64,000 nt of DNA from Candidatus Bathyarchaeota archaeon (GTDB taxonomy: Archaea; Thermoproteota; Bathyarchaeia; 40CM-2-53-6). How positions within the stretch are numbered: position 1 is the first letter of the stretch; each line of letters opens with the position of its first letter. The position numbers and the translations under genes were made by a program. This document shows positions 31,063 through 41,424 of the stretch, piece by piece. The DNA lies in contig CAWHWX010000004.1 of NCBI GenBank assembly GCA_963833125.1, positions 64,001 through 128,000 of the forward strand, in the 5' to 3' direction. Below the pieces are notes generated by a model, which was not told the DNA's origin, did not search any database, and saw nothing but the letters and a program-made list of their open reading frames with translations.

Positions 31063-31530
31063 GTGAATTCCGCCATGCTCGAAGGTCTCCGCATAAGATT
31101 TCGTAAAGTGCCATGGAAAATGCAACGGCTCTTCGGTAACCTAGGCTACTCGCTCCGGTTTTTCAGGGGGCCGACCTCGCGGAGAATAAAACCTTCGACA
31201 ACCGTTTTGGCGTTGGCAGTAGTGCTCTTCGTTGGATTCGTTTTGGCCGGTGGAATCTATGATATCCTCGAGCATCCAATATCACTGCTCCCCACATCAT
31301 ACGGATATTCGGTGGTAATCCAGGGAACTCTAGGTCAACAGACCTTGAATGAGAGCCTAATTGCTGCGTTCCTATACTTCATGGGTGTAGCCGGACTCTA
31401 CATGCTGCTTCGTAGTACGAGGTACGCATACAGACCGCGCAACGCATACCTGCTTCTAATACTTGGAACACTCACCGTTCTCGTAGTCGTATTCTACACC
31501 ACGACACTGATCAACACGAAGATCGGTTGA
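31063..31530 (+). CDS. OST3/OST6/OSTC(DC2)-like membrane protein
   Basis: LAGGIYDILEHP...QQTLNESLIAAFLYFMGVAGL aligns by eye with OSTC ITGGIIYDVIVEPP...[20 protein letters not shown]; 3 TM. Confidence 0.7.
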   Translation: MNSAMLEGLRIRFRKVPWKMQRLFGNLGYSLRFFRGPTSRRIKPSTTVLALAVVLFVGFVLAGGIYDILEHPISLLPTSYGYSVVIQGTLGQQTLNESLIAAFLYFMGVAGLYMLLRSTRYAYRPRNAYLLLILGTLTVLVVVFYTTTLINTKIG

Positions 31531-31536
31531 CTAGGT

Positions 31537-32046
31537 TTACCAGTAGTGCTCCTTCAACCCCAGAAGATAGGCACCAACATTCGTTAGCAAGTGGATAGGC
31601 GGAGTAACAACAAGCAAGATCACGGCTACGACAAGGCTGATGGGCGAAAACAGCGAAACAAGAAGCATCGACCCAACAACAAAGTCCAGTTGGTCCACTA
31701 CCGGCAACGCATCTCCAGGGGCCATATGCAATCTTCTCTTGAGAAAGGCCCCTGCCATATCTCCTAGCAACGCTCCTAGTGACGCCGGAAGCGCGATGAT
31801 CATCAGATTCATGGAAAATATGTAAGAGCAGATTAGACCGACTAAAGTACCCGCCACAATTCCACTAATGAACCCGCGAAATGTCTTGTGATCTCCAAGA
31901 ATTCTTTGTCCATCAGGCAACCTCTTGCCCAAATCGATTGGGCGTCCGCCGCCGAAGATAACTGGGGCACCGTTCGTACAGTAAGTGGGCAGGATAATGT
32001 AGAGAGCTGAAAACCAGTCTTGCGGCTGCGGCCACAACTCTTTCAC
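31537..32046 (-). CDS. carS: CDP-archaeol synthase
   Basis: PTYCTNGAPV, GDHKTFRG, GDMAGAFLKRR and DQLDF. Confidence 0.93.
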   Translation of the reverse strand: MKELWPQPQDWFSALYIILPTYCTNGAPVIFGGGRPIDLGKRLPDGQRILGDHKTFRGFISGIVAGTLVGLICSYIFSMNLMIIALPASLGALLGDMAGAFLKRRLHMAPGDALPVVDQLDFVVGSMLLVSLFSPISLVVAVILLVVTPPIHLLTNVGAYLLGLKEHYW

Positions 32047-32088
32047 CAGAAGGAATGACGCAAACGTCGTGGTGTGTAGAAATAAAAA

Positions 32089-32793
32089 CTAGGCTCCTGC
32101 ATCGGCTAACCCGCTCTCTTGCAATTTCACCAAACACGTACTTCTGTGGGTATCAGAACCATCGATTCTCTCTAGAACAAATTCTCTGACGCTTGGTTTT
32201 GGGGTGTTTCTGGCTCGGAGGATGGTTCGCGGAAAATGAAAGAGGGTTCGGCGTGCGACAGGTTCGATATCAGCCACCGGTGGTGTGAGGCGAGAGTGAA
32301 CTTGGCTGGTGATTAGGCATGCAATGTTGTGGGATGAAGCAAGTTCACTCAGGTAAGCTAATTGTCCCCCCAGGGCTCGGTTTAAGCTGAAGATGCTTTC
32401 AGCGTCCGAGAATGCGGCGCGGTACAGTGAGCTAACAGAATCAACTATCACCATTCCCAATGATGGGGTGACGTAATTCTCGAGTGATTCTACCAATGCT
32501 CTCTGTTCTGAGAAGGTCTCAGGAAAGAAGAGTGAGATCAGTTCGCTGATGTCCTTGGTTTGATCGCCTGCAATTTGTCTAAACCTCTGTTGAGTGAACG
32601 ATCGATCTGAATCAATGTAAATAGCTTTCAGACTCATCTTTGCAGATGAAGCAGCAGCTTGGATTACAGTCGTAGTTTTTCCTGTGGCGGCTTCACCATA
32701 AATCAACGTCACCTCTCCCCTAGTGAAGCCTCCATGAATCATTCTGTCGAGGCTTGCACAACCTACAGGAATCTTCTCCCCAGCTACGGGCAA
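32089..32793 (-). CDS. radB: RadB-like recombination ATPase
   Basis: LDRMIHGG, GEAATGKT, IVDSVSSLYR and ITSQV; short RecA core only. Confidence 0.8.
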   Translation of the reverse strand: MPVAGEKIPVGCASLDRMIHGGFTRGEVTLIYGEAATGKTTTVIQAAASSAKMSLKAIYIDSDRSFTQQRFRQIAGDQTKDISELISLFFPETFSEQRALVESLENYVTPSLGMVIVDSVSSLYRAAFSDAESIFSLNRALGGQLAYLSELASSHNIACLITSQVHSRLTPPVADIEPVARRTLFHFPRTILRARNTPKPSVREFVLERIDGSDTHRSTCLVKLQESGLADAGA

Positions 32794-32889
32794 CTATCAA
32801 ACTACCCTTACATACCCGACGCAGATTCTTCCGGCCTTGTTGCCGTCTCTAACCTGGGGCCGGAATAAGTTTCCCTATTCCGCGCGGGC

Positions 32890-33255
32890 CTATTCTTGGC
32901 TGGACATTAATTCCTTTACGATAGCCCGAGGTCTGGCGGCGTCGAGCAATCTGGTGAATTGCTTGATCCACAACGGGTATAGGTAGAGTTTTCCGTAAAA
33001 AAATTCTTCAAAAACCAAGTTATCGAGGAGACTGATCGCCCTGCGAACTCTCGAATAGCCGTACACCGTTGAAAGGCGGTCGACATTATCAAGCGAGGGA
33101 AGACTCAGAAATTCAGATGCGACGGTAGAGTACACGTCCCTCTGCTCTTGCCCTTCCTGCAGCTTCCTTTGCTGTAGCTTTCTTAGGGCCAGTCGCTTAA
33201 ACACCCGCGACTGTTTCAACCGTTCGTCGAGAGCGGAATTTGCGGTTAGGTCCAT
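32890..33255 (-). CDS. hypothetical protein
   Basis: 121 aa ORF, co-oriented, TATA-like element upstream. Confidence 0.55.
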   Translation of the reverse strand: MDLTANSALDERLKQSRVFKRLALRKLQQRKLQEGQEQRDVYSTVASEFLSLPSLDNVDRLSTVYGYSRVRRAISLLDNLVFEEFFYGKLYLYPLWIKQFTRLLDAARPRAIVKELMSSQE

Positions 33256-33344
33256 GCGGGGTTCAGTCCAGCTATTGCTTTCGAACCCATTTTTAAATTA
33301 ATGCATGATCGATGGAAGAACGTCGTCGCATTCAAGTGGAGTCT

Positions 33345-33758
33345 TCACTTCTTCTTGGTAACTTCCTTGAGGAAAGCTGCGTAACTTTCGGCAGTTAGGA
33401 GCGCTTTCATATCCTCCTGCAAGTGTGAAGGCTTAACTATGACAAGCCAGCCCGCCCCATACGGATCCTGATTCACTAACTCAGGCGACTGCACCAATTT
33501 CTCGTTACGCTCCGCGATATCACCCGCTACGGGAGAGTAAAGCTCTGAAACCGCCTTAACTGACTCCACTGTGCCAAATGACGCACTTCGCGACAAACTC
33601 TTACCCAACTGTGGCAGGTCGACGTAAACGACCTCGTGAAGCGACTTTTGAGCATAGTCTGTTACGCCAACCCGGCATAAACCGTTCTCTACCACCATCC
33701 ACTCATGTTCCTTGGTATAGTGACGTCCGTCGGGAACGTCATAATCGTCAACCTTCAT
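33345..33758 (-). CDS. gcvH: glycine cleavage system H protein
   Basis: YTKEHEW, GVTDYAQ, VESVKAVSE lipoyl-Lys and NQDPYGAGW. Confidence 0.96.
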   Translation of the reverse strand: MKVDDYDVPDGRHYTKEHEWMVVENGLCRVGVTDYAQKSLHEVVYVDLPQLGKSLSRSASFGTVESVKAVSELYSPVAGDIAERNEKLVQSPELVNQDPYGAGWLVIVKPSHLQEDMKALLTAESYAAFLKEVTKKK

Positions 33759-33866
33759 CAGAGAACCAGCCCGGCAAGCGAATGAGAAGATCCGATACTG
33801 TATTTAGCAATATTCACTGGATTCTAGACCCGTAAACATTACACCAAGTTCGCACAATGATCCCTA

Positions 33867-34946
33867 ATGCTCCGTGAATTATTTCCCAAAAAGACCTTAC
33901 TTGTACGTGGACCAGCAAGCATCGTCCTTCTCGATGGACAAACCTCAATTTTGGGAGCAACCATTCAACCGCATCAACGAATAACCATCATGAACGAAAA
34001 ACAGATACCGATTGAAGCAACGCAACGTGCAAATTTAGAAATAGTTCTTGGAAAATCAGGTGGGATATTTGAGATTCAAGGCAGCACGATTCCGCCTTCA
34101 TGGGCCGTCGCAGCCCAATCGCTGAGAGAAATGAGCCAAGCAAAGGTCGCAGTGATAGGACCGACCGACGTGGGAAAGAGCACTCTGTGTGTCTATTTGG
34201 TTAACAGGCTGTTGGGACAGAAACTGTCCATCATTGATGCGGACGTAGGGCAGACGGACATGGGCCCACCAACTACGATAGCTAGAGCAGAGCCCAAGAA
34301 TTCGATCACATCCCTAACGGAATTAGATCCCGCCGCCCGAATTTTCATCGGGAACACAAGCCCGGGCCAGGTTAAAGGGAAACTGATTGAGGGCATTCAA
34401 AGACTATCTGCTGGGGCGCAAGACTCACTCACGATCATAAACACCGACGGCTGGATCGCGGATCCCGAAGCGATCCAGTATAAAATCGACCTCATCGATC
34501 AAACCAAACTCGACTTGGTGATTGGCCTAGGTTTAGGAAATGAACTTCAACCCATCCTGGTTGGAAGTGGGGCACAATCATTGACCGTCGAGCCGGCTAA
34601 GGAAGTGTTAGCACGTTCCAGGAGCGACAGACGGAAGATACGGATCGATGGCTACCGTAGATCCCTAGATGGGGGAAATGTGAGAACTTTCACTCTACAA
34701 GAGGTGCGATTTTCCATTCCCGAGAGCCTCTCTTTCCTGAACAAATCAAAACCCAGTGAATTTAGGAACATTATCGTTGGCCTTCTCGATGAAAACCAAT
34801 ACCTAGTACAGATCGGTGTCCTACTCACCTTCGAACTTGGGGAAGTAAGAGTCTACTGCAAACCCGCGGAGGGAATCCGTACGATAGAGCTCGGCTATCT
34901 GAGACTGGCGACCAACGGTAACGAACTCGGATTCGTGGACTGGTAG
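33867..34946 (+). CDS. Clp1/Grc3 family polynucleotide 5'-kinase
   Basis: GPTDVGKST, DADVGQ.D.GPPT and INTDGW. Confidence 0.9.
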   Translation: MLRELFPKKTLLVRGPASIVLLDGQTSILGATIQPHQRITIMNEKQIPIEATQRANLEIVLGKSGGIFEIQGSTIPPSWAVAAQSLREMSQAKVAVIGPTDVGKSTLCVYLVNRLLGQKLSIIDADVGQTDMGPPTTIARAEPKNSITSLTELDPAARIFIGNTSPGQVKGKLIEGIQRLSAGAQDSLTIINTDGWIADPEAIQYKIDLIDQTKLDLVIGLGLGNELQPILVGSGAQSLTVEPAKEVLARSRSDRRKIRIDGYRRSLDGGNVRTFTLQEVRFSIPESLSFLNKSKPSEFRNIIVGLLDENQYLVQIGVLLTFELGEVRVYCKPAEGIRTIELGYLRLATNGNELGFVDW

Positions 34947-34953
34947 ATCGTCC

Positions 34954-34966
34954 GATAACGGTTATC
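34954..34966. promoter_or_regulatory. perfect inverted repeat GATAAC-G-GTTATC abutting a TATA-like TTTAAT
   Basis: Intergenic, just upstream of the chorismate mutase-aminotransferase gene. Confidence 0.4.
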
Positions 34967-34991
34967 TTTAATCGAGCGTAGAATAGTTGCA

Positions 34992-36422
34992 GTGAACTCG
35001 TTTACGTTGGCGTCTGTGTTGAACACGCTCGAAGATTACCGGATGAAGATACGTGAAACTGACAAGCAAATCCTGTCCCTGATCAAGGAGCGCTTAGCGA
35101 TTGGGGGTCAGGTTGCCGACATCAAGCATGGTAAAGGTCTACCGACAATAGACCCCGATGCCGAAAAGGCCACGATGGAGAGCCTTGCACAATTTGGGGC
35201 AGAACTCGGCCTAGATCGATCCTTCGCAAGGCGCCTGGGTGAACTACTCATCGAGGAAACAGTTCGAGTGGAGGATCGGGTTCAACCGCAAGGTTCGAAA
35301 GACCAGTTGGCGAAAGAAATTTTCGAACTCACCCAGAAGCTCACATCCCAAGGCACCAAGGTCACAAGGTTCGAAATCGGGGAACCAAACTTCTCCGCCC
35401 CGCCCCAAGTAATACGCGGGTTGAGCTCGACATTCAAGAAGAAGCACATTATCGGATACGGACCGGCCGCAGGGTTACCTCAATTAAGAGAAGCACTTGC
35501 AGCCGAACTGAACCAGCGGCATGAAGCTAAGATTGACCCTGATCAAATCTTAATTACTCCTGGCGGCCGGTTCGGGATCTTCGCCGCGATCACCAGTTTC
35601 ATCTCATCCTTGGAACGCGTGGTGATTCCTCAACCAATCTGGCCTGCCTACGAAGAGTGCGTGAATTTCGTTAAGGGCCGGGTGATCCCGCTGAACTCAA
35701 GTTTTGAAAACCATTGGGACATGGACCTCTCGGGGCTTGAGTCAGAACTAAAGAAGGGCGCTAAAATGCTGATTCTCAATAGCCCATGCAACCCCACTGG
35801 AAGCGTCGTCGGCAAGGAGAAGTTCGAACAAATCGTAAATCTGGCTGCGAAATACAATACTATGATACTATCAGACGAGGTTTACGATCGATTTGTTCGC
35901 ACGCGGGCACCGAGCCTGCTAGACAGCGGCTATGACAATTTTGTTTACATTAACAGTTTCTCTAAACAATTTGGAATGACGGGCTGGAGAATAGCATACC
36001 TAGTTACAACAAAATCAAATGCCACGCGAATTCGACGAATACTGCAGACGGCCATAACTTGCGTGCCCGAATTCATTCAAAACGCCGCCCTCGTCGCGAT
36101 CAAACATGCGAAGGGCGAGGCTCAACGCAATGTAAAGGCGATCATGAAGAAAGTAGATCTCACTTGCCGAGAGCTTGACAAAATCGACGTTTCATTCCAC
36201 AGGCCAGAAGGAGCTTTCTACGTTTTCCCCAAAGCCAACAAACCAAACTTCGACTCAATCAAATTTGCGAAAAACCTCCTAGAGAATTATCACGTAAGCA
36301 TTACTCCTGGATCATCTTTCGGAGACTACCCGGAATTCTTCCGGCTTGCCGTATCATTACCAAGACAACAAATTCCAGGCGCGATCAAGTCTATTGGTAA
36401 GGCGATTGACACATGGCAGTAG
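34992..36422 (+). CDS. chorismate mutase (AroQ) fused to class I/II PLP aminotransferase
   Basis: N-term R.KIRETDKQILSLIKER...IK...IDP.AE; C-term NPTG, SDEVY and SFSKQFGMTGWRI. Confidence 0.88.
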   Translation: MNSFTLASVLNTLEDYRMKIRETDKQILSLIKERLAIGGQVADIKHGKGLPTIDPDAEKATMESLAQFGAELGLDRSFARRLGELLIEETVRVEDRVQPQGSKDQLAKEIFELTQKLTSQGTKVTRFEIGEPNFSAPPQVIRGLSSTFKKKHIIGYGPAAGLPQLREALAAELNQRHEAKIDPDQILITPGGRFGIFAAITSFISSLERVVIPQPIWPAYEECVNFVKGRVIPLNSSFENHWDMDLSGLESELKKGAKMLILNSPCNPTGSVVGKEKFEQIVNLAAKYNTMILSDEVYDRFVRTRAPSLLDSGYDNFVYINSFSKQFGMTGWRIAYLVTTKSNATRIRRILQTAITCVPEFIQNAALVAIKHAKGEAQRNVKAIMKKVDLTCRELDKIDVSFHRPEGAFYVFPKANKPNFDSIKFAKNLLENYHVSITPGSSFGDYPEFFRLAVSLPRQQIPGAIKSIGKAIDTWQ

Positions 36423-37300
36423 CAACTATCGTTGGCGGCACGGGGCGTATGGGGACTTGGTTCGCGGATTTTCTCTCAGCAAATGGATACGAGATCATAA
36501 TATGTGACACAAAGAAACGCCTCACCCGAAGATCGGCCAAACGCAAAGGATTCAGATTCATGACGAACGAAATCACCGCTTCCCAACTCTCTCGGCTAGT
36601 CGTTCTAGCCACGCCTACACACACGACCGTATCAATCCTCAAACTTATCGCACCGCATATATCCCGACGGACTCTTATCGTAGAAATCTCCTCGGTAAAG
36701 GAACCTATCAAGAGAACAATTACAAGCCTAGCAAAGCGCGGCTTTCAGATTCTAAGCATTCATCCCATGTTTGGCCCCGGACCGGCCAAAAACTTAGCGG
36801 GTAAAGCAATTATCATCGCACTTCAGCCGCGTGGAAGTAAATCTGCAAAGAATTTCTTGTCACTCTTTAGGAGAAGAGGAGTCGCCATGATTCCAAGCGA
36901 CCTGGGGAACCACGACCGAATTGTTGCTGCAACATTGGCCTTGCCACATTTCATGAACTTTGCATTCATCAATACTCTGAAGGATACCGGTCTGAGCCCT
37001 AACCAAGCTCGAGCCTTTGCGGGCACAACATTCAAACTCCAGCTCCTTGTAGCGGAAGAACTCTACCACGAAACACTCGAGAACGAAGTCTCAATTCTTG
37101 CCGACAACAAGTACTCAGCACAACTCTTCAAGCAATTCGCGAAACATACTAACACTATTCGAAACACAATTCACAACAGACCGCGGAGAAATTTGACCCG
37201 TAGCTTAGAGCAGGGGGCAGCCTATGTTCGGAAGGACGCCCTGTTCGGTAGGGCATACGATCGGTTTACGGCTGCTGTTGAAGCATCGAACGCCCCTTGA
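36413..37300 (+). CDS. tyrA: prephenate/arogenate dehydrogenase
   Basis: GGTGRMG, ISSVK, HPMFGP and HD..VA....LPH. Confidence 0.9.
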   Translation: MAVATIVGGTGRMGTWFADFLSANGYEIIICDTKKRLTRRSAKRKGFRFMTNEITASQLSRLVVLATPTHTTVSILKLIAPHISRRTLIVEISSVKEPIKRTITSLAKRGFQILSIHPMFGPGPAKNLAGKAIIIALQPRGSKSAKNFLSLFRRRGVAMIPSDLGNHDRIVAATLALPHFMNFAFINTLKDTGLSPNQARAFAGTTFKLQLLVAEELYHETLENEVSILADNKYSAQLFKQFAKHTNTIRNTIHNRPRRNLTRSLEQGAAYVRKDALFGRAYDRFTAAVEASNAP

Positions 37301-37304
37301 GTCC

Positions 37305-38415
37305 TTAGAGATTCTTCTTACCTAGGGTTCGCGGGATCACGCCAGATCGAAGGCAATGATCCGCCAAAACAATCGCGACTGAAGCCTCTACGACCGGTAC
37401 GGCCTTCGGAACTATGCACGGGTCGTGGCGACCAGTAACTTGAATCGTCGTGTCCTGCATATCCTTCAAGTTTACAGTCTTCTGTTCCTTCGGAATCGAC
37501 GAAGGTGGTTTAAACCCAACACGTACAACGATAGGCATTCCATTTGACAACCCCCCAAGAATTCCACCAGCATTGTTTGTCAAGGTAACCACCTTACCGT
37601 CCTTGACCGCGTAGGAATCGTTATTCACTGACCCCGTTACTGCGGAGGCCTGAAACCCTAATCCCACTTCAAAGCCCTTGACCGCTGGAATACTGAACGC
37701 GATCTTAGCAAGGTCCGCATCTAAGCTATCGAAGAAGGGTTCGCCAATTCCAGGCGGCACTCCGTCCGCTATGCATTCGACAACACCGCCCAGGCTATCG
37801 CCTTCATTTCGAGCCTTCAAAATTGCCTCCTGCATCTTCTGGGCAACATCTGGATCAGCGCAACGAACTGAGTTCGTGTACGCATCACGTTTTATTACGT
37901 CATGCTGCAGTTGTTTGTCCATTCTTATTGAATCGACCTGCACCGTGTGTGCAAAAACCTGCACGCCAATCGCAGTTCAGGAGTTTTTTCGCGATCGCCC
38001 CCGCCATGACTATTGGGGCCGTTAGTCTTCCGCTGGCACGTCCTCCACCCCGTAGGTCGTTGAACCCGCCGTATTTGATTCTCGCGGGATAATCCGCGTG
38101 GCCTGGCCTTGCGACGTTGGCTAGTTTGTCGTAATCTTGCGACCTAACATCCTTGTTTAGCGAAAGCACCGCTACCGGAGCACCCGTTGTATACCCATCG
38201 AATAACCCGGATAGAATCTGCACCTCATCTCGCTCGCGGCGTGCGGATGTAATGCTCGGGTCGGGCGGCATTCTCCTCGCGAGTTCCTCGTTCACCTCTT
38301 CAGCGCTAAGCTTGAGTCCTGCCGGACAACCATCAATGACAGCAGCCACCCCTGGGCCATGGCTCTCTCCGAATACTGTCACGCGGAATTGCTTGCCAAA
38401 CGAACTATCACTCAA
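37305..38415 (-). CDS. aroC: chorismate synthase (indel near 37965)
   Basis: FGESHG, RPGHADY, GGGRASGR and GRHDPC. Confidence 0.95.
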
Positions 38416-39677
38416 TCACATTGACCCCCAAAGCTCGGATGTCGTTGAAGTATGTTGGGTAGGATTTATTCACACACTCTGCATTTCTGATCATGACCGG
38501 GCCGCTTGCGTTAAGGGCTGCTATGGAAAGTGCCATAGCGATTCGATGGTCGCCGTGGGAATCAACAGTTCCTTCGTGAAGAGAAGCCGGCCCTAAGATA
38601 ACTAACCCGTTGCCGCTCTCGCCAATCTCTGCCCCAAGTAATCTCATCTCGGACATGATCACGTATAGTCTGTCAGACTCTTTATAGCGCAACCTCCCGG
38701 CTCCGGTAATTCTTGTTTCTCCTTCGGCATGACAACCCAGTACTGCTATAACCGGCCCTAGATCGGGACAGTTAGTGATGTCCGTGTCCACTGCCTTAAG
38801 CGCTTGGCCTTCCACACGCAACGCAGCCGACGTGAAACGAGTCGTAACGCCCATGCGACCTAACACTTCCAAGAAAGCTGAATCCGGATCAGAGCGGTCG
38901 TGCGGGAGTCCTAGAATCGTAATTTTCGACCGAGTCACGGCTGCAGCAGCCATGAGGAATGCTGCGGATGAATAGTCGCCGGGAATCGTGTGTTCCGACG
39001 GCTTGTAGGTTTGACCCGGCGTGACTTCATAGCGTGACATATCATCGTTGATGTCTACACTGACGCCGTGACGTTTCATCGTCTCAACTGTCATTGATAC
39101 GTAGCCGCGCGATTCTAAGGGTGAAATGAGTTTCATTGTTAGCCCGGCTTCCATTAGCGGGCCGGCGAGAAGCAGGCCGGAAATGAATTGAGAACTCACA
39201 TTACCCGGCAACTCAACATTGCCTCCTTTAGCTGGTCCCGCCTTAACTTGAACTCGCGTTTCCCTCGAGGCTGATTTCTATGCCCAGCTGCCTCATGCTT
39301 TCAATTAGGGCTTGAATGGGTCTCCGCATTAGCGTTTCGCTGCCTTTCAACCAAACTTCCTTTCCCGCGAGCGACGCGATGGGGATTGTAAACCTGAGAG
39401 TCACTCCTGACTCTCCGCATTCAATCGTTCGTTGCGGTGCAATGGGTCGCCCTGTACTCAAAACGCGCCAGCTCTCTTGTCCTCTCTCGAATTTTGCTCC
39501 TAGAGATGCAACGGCAGCAGCTGTCGCCTCCGTATCGTCGCAGTAGAGAGGGTTGTGTATTATTGTCGAGCCGTTTGAAAGCAGCCCTCCGAAGAGTGCA
39601 CGGTGTGTTAGCGCCTTGGAGGGAGGTGCCTTTACCTCTCCCGAAAGCACGTGGGTCGGAGCAATTGTGATATTCAA
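38408..39677 (-). CDS. aroA: EPSP synthase (indel near 39250)
   Basis: PPSKALTHR, CGESG, SSQFISGLL, KESDR and DHRIAM. Confidence 0.95.
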
Positions 39678-39679
39678 AC

Positions 39680-40561
39680 TTAGAGCCTCGTGGATTTTGC
39701 TTTCTGGAAATTGAGTGAAGTTTCAATGATCCGACCACCCAGTCTGCGCCAAACGGCGCGAACGTTCTCTTTGTCGGATTCTCGAACAATTGCAACAACT
39801 GCGGGTCCTTTTCCTGTCAAACCGGCTGCTACTGCGCCAGCGTTCAATGCGGTCATGGTGGATGTCGTGTTAAACCCAAATGCGGTTGAGTACGCCAGTC
39901 CGTTAAGTGTTAACGAGTTCCAGTAGTCACCTCGTAATGCTTCTCTGAAGGCGACTCGAATTATTGGTTTGATTTCTCTCAGTGGTGCAGGGTCGACATC
40001 ATGTGTGTATAACTTCTGCTTTGGGACGTGAACGAGAACTCGGAGTCTAGTCCCTGGCTTAAACCGCTTGAGAATTCTCCGCTTCAAATTGTCAGTTATC
40101 ACGACCCCCCCAAAATAGCATGCGCAAGCATCGTCAAAGGCTCCCGTGAGGGTGACCCCTGCACTCAGGCTTGCCTCAACCCCAAGTTTGACTACTTCGA
40201 TGTCCTCTGTTTTTCTTCCCAATGCCTTTACGCATGCAAGGGCAATAGCATTACTCGCAGCACTGCTGCTCTTGAGACCCGCAGCAATTGGTATGTTCGA
40301 TTGCGTTTCGACAATGGCTCCCAATCGTTTGCTGTAGCCAAACCGACGAAATACTCGCTTCACTGTTGCTTCAGCTAACCCGCCTTTCTCTTTGGGGTCG
40401 CTGAGGTTCCTTTCTGTGATTAACCCCGCTCGACTTGTTAGCGTCACCTTGGCTCGGGTCCACAGTTTTATGCCGACCGCTGCGCCCTTACCAGTTGCCA
40501 TGGCGTTCACTATGGTTACAGCTCCGTAACTCACTGCCTCAGCTCCTCGAGCCATGGTCAT
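39680..40561 (-). CDS. aroK: archaeal (GHMP-type) shikimate kinase
   Basis: GAVTIVNAMATGKG, GLKSSSAAS and TGAFDDA. Confidence 0.93.
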   Translation of the reverse strand: MTMARGAEAVSYGAVTIVNAMATGKGAAVGIKLWTRAKVTLTSRAGLITERNLSDPKEKGGLAEATVKRVFRRFGYSKRLGAIVETQSNIPIAAGLKSSSAASNAIALACVKALGRKTEDIEVVKLGVEASLSAGVTLTGAFDDACACYFGGVVITDNLKRRILKRFKPGTRLRVLVHVPKQKLYTHDVDPAPLREIKPIIRVAFREALRGDYWNSLTLNGLAYSTAFGFNTTSTMTALNAGAVAAGLTGKGPAVVAIVRESDKENVRAVWRRLGGRIIETSLNFQKAKSTRL

Positions 40562-41424
40562 TCGCCATTGACTCGAGCAATTGACCGGCGCATCTCGGAG
40601 ACCGGGGGTTTCTTTCCGGTCCAGATCGTGAATGAGCATGCGCCTTGACCCACTAGCATATCTAATCCGTCAATCGTCCGAGCCCCCGCTAAAATCGCAT
40701 TTCGAAGCAGCATGGTTCTCACGGGTCTGTAAACGATGTCGAAAACACATTGATCCGACCGCAGCCATTTCTTGGAGATGGGAACGTTCACATTCCCACT
40801 CATACCCATCGAGGATGCGTTCAAGATTATGTCCGCACTCTCTACATGTGTCCGCAACGATTGGCTCGAAAGAGACACACACTTGGTTTCGACACCGAAT
40901 TCCTTGCGCAAGAGTTTCGCTAACCTTTGAGCCCTTGAAATCCTACGATTCACAAAAGTGATCCGACATCGTTGTCCGGAAAGTGTGTGGGCAATAGCCC
41001 GTGCGGCACCGCCAGCGCCGAAGAGTAGAATTGATTTACCGCGAGTTGAGACCTTCGCTTCATTCAGGGCATATAACGCTCCAGCTCCGTCTGTGTTAAA
41101 TCCAGTCAAGGTGCCCGCATCAGCCTTCACAGTGTTTATCGATCGAATCTCAGCTGCCTTAGTTTCAACTTGGTCGATGTACCGAAGCATCGCAGCCTTG
41201 TGTGGAGTCGTGACATTGAACCCCCTTACCCCAAGGGATTTCAAACCTTGAATGGCGAACCTTAGCCCAGAACTCTCGACGCGAAACGGGACGTAGATCG
41301 CGTTCAGGCCCGTCGCTCGAAAGGCAGTGTTTTGGATTGTGGGGCTCATCGAGTGGTCAATTGGATCGCCGATGAGAGCGTACACCATACTGCTCCCTGA
41401 GACGTTTTGCTTATTGGATTCCAA
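40558..41424 (-). CDS. aroE: shikimate dehydrogenase
   Basis: GDPIDHSMSP, GFNVTTPHK, NTDG and GAGGAARA. Confidence 0.95.
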   Translation of the reverse strand: MESNKQNVSGSSMVYALIGDPIDHSMSPTIQNTAFRATGLNAIYVPFRVESSGLRFAIQGLKSLGVRGFNVTTPHKAAMLRYIDQVETKAAEIRSINTVKADAGTLTGFNTDGAGALYALNEAKVSTRGKSILLFGAGGAARAIAHTLSGQRCRITFVNRRISRAQRLAKLLRKEFGVETKCVSLSSQSLRTHVESADIILNASSMGMSGNVNVPISKKWLRSDQCVFDIVYRPVRTMLLRNAILAGARTIDGLDMLVGQGACSFTIWTGKKPPVSEMRRSIARVNGE

